From a virus, in IMG/VR virus record IMGVR_UViG_3300046777_002658, positions 64,001 to 128,000 of that record: 64,000 nucleotides of DNA; one strand, written 5' to 3'. The notes beneath the pieces were generated by a model. It worked only from the letters and a program-made list of their open reading frames with translations. It did not search any database and was not told the origin of the DNA. Made by a program: the position numbers and the translations under genes. Of this stretch, positions 33,703 to 41,504 are shown piece after piece. Each line of letters starts with the position of its first letter. Within the stretch, counting starts at the first letter, position 1.

Positions 33703-35371
33703 CACATTTAAGATAGGTATCAGCCCAAAGATTCTCGACAAAGCTAGAAACTTTTTTAACTCAACAACTGAAGATATTCTCAATGAGTTACTGCAGAACT
33801 CCCGCAGAGCAGGAGCCACTAAAGTTAAAGTTACAAAGAGTGTTAATGACAACACAGTAATTATTGAAGATAACGGCATAGGAATCTTTAATAACGGCGT
33901 GGCAATCAATCTTGGTGGCAGCAGTTGGTCTTCTAAAACTCAAGAAAAAGAAAGTCCTGCAGGTTGTGGGCTGTTCTCTCTAGCTAATCTTGACAGTATT
34001 ATAGAATCACACGGTAAGAAAGTACGCTTAAATGCTGCGGCATTTAATGGTGCAAGAGAAGTGGAGATTGAAGAATCAGATTTCCTAAATGGCACTAGAA
34101 TTACGTTTAGAAACGATGACAACGAGACCTTTTTCAATTGGATTCTAAAGAAAGCTTGTAAGTTTTACCCAGTTGAGGTTGAGTATAACGGAGTAGATCT
34201 GGACAAACCTAAGGATTTTCTAGAAGATGCTGTCTATGTACAAGAGTGGGAAGGTCTCAGAATTGGTGTTGTAAAAACTTACCAAAGGGTTGGCTCTGTG
34301 ATTAAGCTAAACTTCTATGGTTTAGAGATTAACTGCCCAGACCGAAGGAGACCTTACTTTAACGGAGTATTAGACAAAGAAGACCTACTTATAAAAATAG
34401 ACATCATAGATTGCTCTAAGTTGCAACTAGTCTTGCCCTCGCGTAAGGAAGTCGTATCAAATGACTTTTTAGAGCTGCTGTTTCAACAGGGTAGAAAGGC
34501 TGTCTTTAACTACTTTAAAGACTACTGTGCCGCTGGTGGTACCCATACCCTAAGTTATACGCTGTGGTTAGAAGCTAAGAATTGTTTTGGCATAGAACTA
34601 CCAGAAGCCAAAGAGAGTCTTATTAAATGGTATCCAGAGACAGATAAATATCATAATGAGTTTTGTAGTGAGCACGTAGAAGTAAAAGCTACAAATGTCG
34701 TGATCTACAACATTGCGCAGGAAAACTATGAGCAGCACACTCTCTACCGTAGTCTATGTATAAATAACAAGGCTCCAACATTGGTTTTTGCTAATAAAGA
34801 CTATGAGGGGTACTCCTGGTACAAGAGCCTTCCTAAACTAAAAGAAGTAGAAACAAAACTTACTTACAAAGGAATTACAGTTTCACTGCAGGAGGAGATA
34901 AACGAAGACCAAACTGATCTTCGACCTGACTGTATAGAGCTAGAGTTGGTCATAGAAACTTGTGGGTTAGATACAACAATAACTCTTTACACAGACCTTG
35001 TTTTAGCTGGTGGAGAATACTGCTGTGACCTCTATGAAGCAATAATCTTTTTGTCTAAAGATAGCAAAATAGAATTAGAGGAGCTAGTTAATGTTTTAAC
35101 TTTATGCTTTTTTATTCCCTGTGAAGATAGCGGCTCTGACAGTTATGAAACTCAAATGGAATATTTCAGTGGTGAAGTCTGGTCTCTTGCCAGGAGTTTA
35201 CTGCTGTCAGAAAAAGAGGCTGCTTTAGCAAGTATACAAGAGGCTGTAGAAAACCATATACGCTGTCTTGTCCCTTCTGGAAACAGGGCTGTAATTAAAA
35301 TTCAGCAGGGCTTAGTTACAGTTGACCTGGAGCTTCTAACAGAAAATACCCTTGAAGCAGTAAAAGAATAG
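33695..35371 (+). CDS. GHKL (HATPase_c) ATPase domain protein
   Basis: NELLQNS, IEDNGIG, PAGCGLFS, GTRI. Confidence 0.85.
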   Translation: MTNTFKIGISPKILDKARNFFNSTTEDILNELLQNSRRAGATKVKVTKSVNDNTVIIEDNGIGIFNNGVAINLGGSSWSSKTQEKESPAGCGLFSLANLDSIIESHGKKVRLNAAAFNGAREVEIEESDFLNGTRITFRNDDNETFFNWILKKACKFYPVEVEYNGVDLDKPKDFLEDAVYVQEWEGLRIGVVKTYQRVGSVIKLNFYGLEINCPDRRRPYFNGVLDKEDLLIKIDIIDCSKLQLVLPSRKEVVSNDFLELLFQQGRKAVFNYFKDYCAAGGTHTLSYTLWLEAKNCFGIELPEAKESLIKWYPETDKYHNEFCSEHVEVKATNVVIYNIAQENYEQHTLYRSLCINNKAPTLVFANKDYEGYSWYKSLPKLKEVETKLTYKGITVSLQEEINEDQTDLRPDCIELELVIETCGLDTTITLYTDLVLAGGEYCCDLYEAIIFLSKDSKIELEELVNVLTLCFFIPCEDSGSDSYETQMEYFSGEVWSLARSLLLSEKEAALASIQEAVENHIRCLVPSGNRAVIKIQQGLVTVDLELLTENTLEAVKE

Positions 35372-35482
35372 GATTGTAGTTTTTTGTTGCTTGGTAGAGA
35401 CTTGATTTCTACCAAGCTGTTCAGATTTGATGATAAGCTATTTCTTAAAAGAGAATAGAACATAAACTTTTGGAGGCTATAA

Positions 35483-35869
35483 ATGACTAAGGATTTATCA
35501 AGACTTAAAGAACTGGTTGAAGTAGTTTTACCAGCCGTGCCTGAAGATTCTTTTAGTCTAGAGTTTTGGGCTAAAATAAAGGACTGCAGAACAGTTTACT
35601 GTGCTTGTGGCTGGGCAGCTGAATATCAACCTTTTAAAGAAGCTGGGTTAAGCTTAACCTTGATAGAACAACTAACACATACTTTTGAATTGGTTTACCA
35701 AGAGAACAAGAATACTAAGTATACAGGTTATAAAGCAGCATCAAAGTTCTTCAATATACCCCTTAGCCAAGCTTTTAACTTCTTTGATCCTGATAGTTAC
35801 TCTAAGGGGACATACACAACTAAAGCAGAGGTTATAGAAAGAATCACAAGCTATCTAAAGGAGGTTTAA
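35483..35869 (+). CDS. Hypothetical protein, CGTVAC family, copy 2
   Basis: CRTVYCACGW; aligns by eye with 28399-28773. Confidence 0.8.
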   Translation: MTKDLSRLKELVEVVLPAVPEDSFSLEFWAKIKDCRTVYCACGWAAEYQPFKEAGLSLTLIEQLTHTFELVYQENKNTKYTGYKAASKFFNIPLSQAFNFFDPDSYSKGTYTTKAEVIERITSYLKEV

Positions 35870-35872
35870 GTA

Positions 35873-36142
35873 ATGAAAGAATTAGCAACCAAGAATAACT
35901 GGGAATTTACAGAAGTATGGATAGACCCAATGTTATCACCTCCATATATTCTGTTATTGCTTTGCGACAGTAAAGGAAATTGTCGAATTTATGACCCAAA
36001 ACAAGGTGATAAGGTTGTATTTTCTAGTAATAGTTATGAAACTACAAAGTTATGGTTATTAAGAAATGAGTATCAACCAGTTGAAGGTAGGCTTTTAGCT
36101 GCAAAATTATTGGAAGATATTTTTGATAAATGCAGCCCTTAG
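35873..36142 (+). CDS. Hypothetical protein (89 aa)
   Basis: AAGGAGG RBS. Confidence 0.8.
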   Translation: MKELATKNNWEFTEVWIDPMLSPPYILLLLCDSKGNCRIYDPKQGDKVVFSSNSYETTKLWLLRNEYQPVEGRLLAAKLLEDIFDKCSP

Positions 36143-36219
36143 CGTTGGGAAGGTACTCAACTTCTGAAGCACCCAAAATTCTACTAAATTCTTTTTCTAT
36201 AGTCTCAGGAGCGCAAAAA

Positions 36220-36474
36220 ATGACGATAGGGACACACCAACTAAAAACTCATCCACAGTATTTTCAAGCTGTTAAAAAAGGACTGAAAACATTTGAGTGT
36301 AGGTACAATGACCGCAACTTTCAAGAAAACGACACATTAATACTTAAAGAATTTAATCCTGAAGCACAAGAGTATACAGGTGATGAATTAAAGGCTGTAA
36401 TTACGTATATTCTTAGTGATTTTGCAGGGTTAAAAGAAGGTTTTGTAGTTTTGGGAATTAAAGTAACCAGATGA
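36220..36474 (+). CDS. DUF3850/ASCH-like protein (track start 36130)
   Basis: HQLKTHPQYF...KTFECRYNDRNFQENDTLILKEF. Confidence 0.85.
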   Translation: MTIGTHQLKTHPQYFQAVKKGLKTFECRYNDRNFQENDTLILKEFNPEAQEYTGDELKAVITYILSDFAGLKEGFVVLGIKVTR

Positions 36475-36559
36475 CTGAAGAAAAGATTCTAGCTGGCGTG
36501 CAGAAGTGCTAGAGCTACCTACCTTTGATTGGAATTAAAAAGAAATAGAGCACAACAGT

Positions 36560-36871
36560 ATGAACCACATAAATCTATCAGGAACTTCCCGCAACTCTAT
36601 TGGAAGTATAGCAGACAAAAACAGTAGCAGAGTAGTAGGATTCGGAAGCTCTCAAATAGTTAACGACAGAGAAGAAGTAATCTTAGACTTTGAGGTGGAG
36701 AACGAGAAAGAAGACCTCTGCGTTTCTATAGCAGAAGCAGAACAGAAAATAAGCTTTGACCCAAACACAAAGTATTTCCTTAAGATTAATGCTCCATTAT
36801 GGAATGCCACCCGGGAAAGAAATTCTTTAGGAGAGTTCGTTTGTACAGAGTCAGGTTCAGGTTTTGCTTAA
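36560..36871 (+). CDS. Hypothetical protein (103 aa)
   Basis: ORF. Confidence 0.6.
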   Translation: MNHINLSGTSRNSIGSIADKNSSRVVGFGSSQIVNDREEVILDFEVENEKEDLCVSIAEAEQKISFDPNTKYFLKINAPLWNATRERNSLGEFVCTESGSGFA

Positions 36872-36958
36872 GCAGCTCATAAGTTTCGTTAAGTGTAAAG
36901 TTACCACAAATGTCTCTTGTACACTTTTGATTAATAAAAATAGAGAATTAGCTTCCTC

Positions 36959-37939
36959 ATGCAAACAAAATCAATTCCACCCAACTTGGAAAAGTTGGAG
37001 CATCTCAGAAGTCTTAAATCATCTATTCAGCACCGTCCACGCTCTTTGGCTAACTTTATTAAACCAAATGGACGCAGTGCTGATTTTTGTTTATCTATAG
37101 CCTATGGTTGTCTGCTGGGCTGCTCCTACTGTTATGTTCAACGCAACAACATTAATGGTAATCCTCTTACAATCTACTCAAATCGTAAAGAGCTGTTCAA
37201 TAAAGTAGTAAAGTGGCATAGTCAACTACCTAGCACTAAGCCTAAAAGCTTTAAACCTTGTGACTCTCCTTACCCTTCAGGAGAGTCAGACCAAATCAAC
37301 TATACCTATGACATAGGAGAGTCAGTAGATTTGTTGTTGAAAACTCTCTCAGAAGACGTTAATTGGTGGTTAGAAAAGCTAGTTGCTGTCTCTAGACTGA
37401 AACCCACCTTTGCAACAAAGATATCAACCCCTGTGGCTGTATCTTGTCTGATTGACTGTCCAAGCCCCCGCAAAGCCCGCATCAGAGCTTCTGTAGCCCC
37501 GCAGCATATTATAGACCAAACAGAGGTTCTTACAGCTAGTGTGAGCGATCGCATTGCTGGTCTGAATCTTGCCTATCAGAAAGGCTATGAGTGTCACTTG
37601 AACTTTAGCCCTATAGTTATTACTCCTACTTGGGTTGAGGACTACAAGAATCTTTTTCTTCAGATAGATCAATTGCTATCAGCAGAGGTAAAAGAACAGT
37701 TGCGCTGCGAGGTCATATTCCTAACTCACCATGAGAAGTTATCTCAATGGAACAGGGAAAACTTTCCTACAGATAGTGAGTCCTTATTGTGGACTCCTAA
37801 AAATCAAGAAAACAAAACTAATGGGCGTGGCTCCCAAGTTAGACGTTACAAATGGCAGCTTAAGTCTCTTTACGTAAACACTTTTAGACAGCTATTAGCA
37901 GAGTATATGCCTTATTGTAAAATAAGGTATAGCTTTTAG
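36959..37939 (+). CDS. Spore photoproduct lyase-like radical SAM protein
   Basis: GCLLGCSYCYV (CxxxCxxC), YDIGESVD, FATK, HLNFSP pattern of SplB-family proteins. Confidence 0.8.
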   Translation: MQTKSIPPNLEKLEHLRSLKSSIQHRPRSLANFIKPNGRSADFCLSIAYGCLLGCSYCYVQRNNINGNPLTIYSNRKELFNKVVKWHSQLPSTKPKSFKPCDSPYPSGESDQINYTYDIGESVDLLLKTLSEDVNWWLEKLVAVSRLKPTFATKISTPVAVSCLIDCPSPRKARIRASVAPQHIIDQTEVLTASVSDRIAGLNLAYQKGYECHLNFSPIVITPTWVEDYKNLFLQIDQLLSAEVKEQLRCEVIFLTHHEKLSQWNRENFPTDSESLLWTPKNQENKTNGRGSQVRRYKWQLKSLYVNTFRQLLAEYMPYCKIRYSF

Positions 37940-37989
37940 ATTTACTCTGAAAGCCGGCAAACCTGCTGTAAGAAAAAAACGGTAATAGA

Positions 37990-38018
37990 TTGCGCTTTTG
38001 GAGAAAGTAAGCTATACT
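37990..38018 (+). promoter_or_regulatory. Host sigma-70-type promoter
   Basis: TTGCGC, 17-nt spacer, TATACT. Confidence 0.65.
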
Positions 38019-38024
38019 AAGAAA

Positions 38025-38680
38025 AGTAGCAAAAGAGGGTCAGACAGCTAAGGCTGATAAAGACTCAATCTAATAGCTATTAGGCAGAGGTTACAACGGT
38101 CGTAACAAACACACTAGATAGGCGCGTTGGCCGGGCTCAGGGAAACTCCTCCCGGTATGGGGGCATATAGTCAACATAACGAACACCAACGATACTCACT
38201 GAACTTGAACCCTTCCAGTAATTATGGGCACTCCATAAGCTTAAAGTAGAAAAGAAAATACTGTTGAAAGACAGCTTCTATAGAGAGTTGGAACTGAAGA
38301 AGGGGCGTGGTACTGAGATCCTTTACCACGAGACGCGAAGAGGCATGAAGCCGTTAGAAACCGTCGAGCAAGTCTTCTATCTTTTGTGCTGCCTATTCAA
38401 CACTTTGTTCTACCAACAAAAGCACCAAACAATGCAAGCAAACTCCGTTCAGCGAAATCCCACCAGTAGAAGCAAGTTTATATTGCTGTTGGTAGAGCGG
38501 AGAGTAACCATAACAGATTGTAAGGTTAACTAGGATGTAGCAGACTTGGTAACAGAATGTCTTGTTACCTGTAAAAGTCGAGCAATCCAGGTAAGAACGT
38601 TTAGAAGGCATAGCCAAGGCGTAGTCGTATGACTGCGGGCAATAAGAGATTCTAGCATTGGCTGGAGTCTCTTATTGTTT
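38025..38680 (+). ncRNA. Candidate large (about 650 nt) structured RNA upstream of an HNH gene
   Basis: Starts at the predicted TSS; stems at 38090/38106, 38131/38155, 38222/38238, 38306/38330, 38407-18/38487-98, 38548/38569, 38620/38637, 38640/38677. Confidence 0.55.
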
Positions 38681-38705
38681 TGAAGTACACAACAGAGGAT
38701 TGCTT

Positions 38706-39464
38706 ATGCTAAAGGATTTGATAAAGTCTAAAAAGAAAAAAATAGAACTTCTTGTAGAACTTCTTAAAGAGAAGCTAGACAAAAAAAGCAAGAAGCCACA
38801 ACGTTGGGTTCTGAGATTTACAAACTCTCAGGGATTTGCTAAAGAATCCTTACTAAACTTGCTGACAGAAATTGGCTTGTTCCAGTTCTACTCTAAGAAC
38901 AACAGTAAGCTACTTAACGTCTCTCAAGTAGTGTATTACTTAAAGAGCGGCTGGAAAGCACTAGAAAATGGTTACACAGCAGGCAAGTCATCTGAGGTAG
39001 AAATTCATCATATAGATGGTGATATTACCAACGATAGCCCTCACAACTTGGTTGCTTTATTCAGTGGAGACCACTATTACGTCTCTGCTTGCCAAAATGG
39101 AACTTTCAGACTGGAAGATTTTTTCTGGCAGAATAGCAAAGCCACCGACCAGCCAACCCTCTTTAATAATCAAGGTAGACCAATCAAGAACCACGCTAAG
39201 TTCCTGCAACGCATAATCGCAGCTACCCTCTTCAACACCCAACGCTGGCTAGAAAAAGCAGCAATGCGAACAGGTGCTAAGGTTAAGCAGATAGTAGGCT
39301 GGGTGGTCAAAAAGCTGGGTCAAGCAGTTGAAAAAGGTGTTCAGGCTATCAAGGCTATAGCAGTGAAGCCCCAAGAAAATCAGCTCGGCAGCCCTTTACT
39401 TAACTCTCCCAAAACTACTTGGAGAGAACTCAGAAGAGCTATTCTCAAACCTGTTATAGTTTGA
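38706..39464 (+). CDS. HNH endonuclease (track start 38658)
   Basis: EIHHIDGDITNDSPHNL...DH at 39000-39075; AGAGGA RBS before ATG 38706. Confidence 0.8.
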   Translation: MLKDLIKSKKKKIELLVELLKEKLDKKSKKPQRWVLRFTNSQGFAKESLLNLLTEIGLFQFYSKNNSKLLNVSQVVYYLKSGWKALENGYTAGKSSEVEIHHIDGDITNDSPHNLVALFSGDHYYVSACQNGTFRLEDFFWQNSKATDQPTLFNNQGRPIKNHAKFLQRIIAATLFNTQRWLEKAAMRTGAKVKQIVGWVVKKLGQAVEKGVQAIKAIAVKPQENQLGSPLLNSPKTTWRELRRAILKPVIV

Positions 39465-39564
39465 ATGCAAGAAAAAAGAATAGAGAATGATAAAAGATAA
39501 AACAAAGTTGACGAACAGTTCGTCGCTGCTATGATTCTGTTAATTAATAAGGTATCAACAATGT

Positions 39565-39765
39565 TTGACTATGAAAACACAACAGGAAGCTGTACACGTC
39601 CTTCTCCAGAACGGCTGGAGTACAAAGGAAATAAACCTTTTATTCAACCGGAAGCAATCTTGCCCTATTCCACCTTGGAGTCCAGAGAAACAACAAATCG
39701 CTCAGTCGTCTTCTACAAAAGCCTTGAGTATTTCTTTCTCTATTCCCAAAACTTCCCAGAGCTAG
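39565..39765 (+). CDS. Hypothetical protein (66 aa)
   Basis: One of two overlapping ORFs; the choice is uncertain. Confidence 0.4.
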   Translation: MTMKTQQEAVHVLLQNGWSTKEINLLFNRKQSCPIPPWSPEKQQIAQSSSTKALSISFSIPKTSQS

Positions 39766-39804
39766 GAGTAATAATAGGGGGTTAATGTACAAAAGGAAAA
39801 CAAC

Positions 39805-40020
39805 ATGACAGAAGATATAAAATCATTAGCTCTACAAGCAGTTCAAACATGGGGTAACAAACCTCAGTTGTCTCAAGCTACAGAAGTAGCAGAAGAAGTG
39901 GCTGACTGCCAGCTAATGCTTGAACAGATAAAGCTGATAGTTGGCATACCAAAAGATGTTATGCAAGAAGTACAGCAGACCAAGCTTAAGAAGCTGAAGA
40001 GAGGGTTAAATGCAGAGTAA
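39805..40020 (+). CDS. Short MazG-like protein, possibly internally deleted
   Basis: QAVQTWG..QL...EEVADCQLMLEQIK. Confidence 0.55.
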   Translation: MTEDIKSLALQAVQTWGNKPQLSQATEVAEEVADCQLMLEQIKLIVGIPKDVMQEVQQTKLKKLKRGLNAE

Positions 40021-40194
40021 AAGAGCTAGACGTAGGGCTAGAGGGTTAGAGAGAGTTAAGAAGATAATCAGGAGTTTAACAGGGACTTTTAGTTTTGAGT
40101 ATACTCACATAGTAATAAGAAGAGGCAGTGTTCAAGCTTTCTGCCTACCGTCTGGCTTTTTATTAAACTTATCTACTCCTGGTCTGTACTCGTT

Positions 40195-40866
40195 ATGAGA
40201 AACCCTCTTGACCACTATGACAGCCCCGGTTGGTTTGTAACTCACCTGCCAAATTACATTACTCTTGATGGTGTCGTAGGAGAACCTTGTTCAGGGGCCG
40301 GCAACCTCTCTTCTATCCTCCCTCACTTTAAGAATGTTCAGTCAGTCTGGACTAATGATATAAACAGAAATCTAAAAGCAGACTCACACTTTGATGCAAC
40401 TAACCCCAGAAGCTGGTTAGAGTTTCCAGAAACTGATTGGGTGGTCACAAACCCACCTTTCAACCAAGCCTTCCAAATTCTCCTCAACGCCTTCTTCTTT
40501 GCTAAAAAAGGTGTTGTTTTTTTTGTCAGGCATTCATTTACAGAACCAACAGAAGAACGAGGTGAGTGGCTCTCTAACCACCCCTGCTGGGCTAACTTGG
40601 TTTATCCAAGGTTTAAGTTTGTACAAAACAACAGAGGAACCTGGCAGACTGATAGCGCACCTATTGATGCTGTAATCTGGTTGAGGCATCCTCCAGCAAA
40701 GCTAGGTCTTTTAACTATTCCTAGCAGTAAAATAGTTGGGTTCTACAATGACCCCTCTAAAGAACCTACTACAGAACAACATTTAATTAACCTACAAATT
40801 GAAGAAGGAAAAGCAGAATATGCAGTGCAACAGGTGGAAGCAAGAAAAAGCTGCAGTAGCCCCTAA
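40195..40866 (+). CDS. DNA amino-methyltransferase (N6-adenine type)
   Basis: DHYDSP, EPCSGAG (motif I), VTNPPF (motif IV). Confidence 0.85.
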   Translation: MRNPLDHYDSPGWFVTHLPNYITLDGVVGEPCSGAGNLSSILPHFKNVQSVWTNDINRNLKADSHFDATNPRSWLEFPETDWVVTNPPFNQAFQILLNAFFFAKKGVVFFVRHSFTEPTEERGEWLSNHPCWANLVYPRFKFVQNNRGTWQTDSAPIDAVIWLRHPPAKLGLLTIPSSKIVGFYNDPSKEPTTEQHLINLQIEEGKAEYAVQQVEARKSCSSP

Positions 40867-41263
40867 CATCGAAGCTTTAGAAAAGGCTATTGAAATTTTA
40901 GAGTCATTACCAGACAGCTTAGTAAATTTAAACTCCTGGAAAACAGGCGACACAGACTGTGGAACAGTAGCTTGCGTTGTAGGTCACTGCTGCCTTAATG
41001 AGTGGTTTAATGCTAAAGGGCTAACTCTCACAGATTGGGGTCCAGACTACATATGTCCCCATAATAAAATTGAACTTTGTTCTTGGGATGCTGTAGAAGG
41101 ATTTTTTGGTCTTAGTAGTACACAATCTTCTTTCCTTTTTAAAAAAGGTAGCTATGACTCTCCCACAGATAACAGTGTAAGTATCAGACAGCAGGTAATT
41201 AACAGAATTAAGGAGTTTGTGGATGGGAAGCAATTATCAAGTAGTGAACAATATGGCAGTTAA
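40820..41263 (+). CDS. Hypothetical protein, CGTVAC family, copy 3 (track start 40799)
   Basis: CGTVACVVGH...FFGLS...QVINRIKEF. Confidence 0.75.
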   Translation: MQCNRWKQEKAAVAPNIEALEKAIEILESLPDSLVNLNSWKTGDTDCGTVACVVGHCCLNEWFNAKGLTLTDWGPDYICPHNKIELCSWDAVEGFFGLSSTQSSFLFKKGSYDSPTDNSVSIRQQVINRIKEFVDGKQLSSSEQYGS

Positions 41264-41504
41264 ACCCTTAACTGTACTAGAGTTTCTCTTAAAAGTTATG
41301 ATTCTAAACTCAAGGATGACTCAAGTTAACCTAGTCAAAGCAACTAAAAAGTTACAAAAAGCAAAGCTAAAACTAATAACAAGCAAAAAGCCGACAGAGC
41401 CAGGCAAAACAACTTACACATAAGTAGATGGTCTTCTAGAAATAGAAGACCTTTTCTTTTTAATAGTATCAAGCAAGAAAAAAGAATAAAGTACGAATAA
41501 AAGT

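Noticed and set aside
38264-38617. Track ORFs 38264-38533 (+) and 38393-38617 (-)
   Set aside because: No RBS, atypical composition, and they overlap dense base-paired structure.
38025-38680. Group I intron or HEARO/IscB locus
   Set aside because: ATATAGTC resembles the S element but I found no matching GACTA partner or interrupted gene; the HNH protein lacks PLMP and RuvC motifs.
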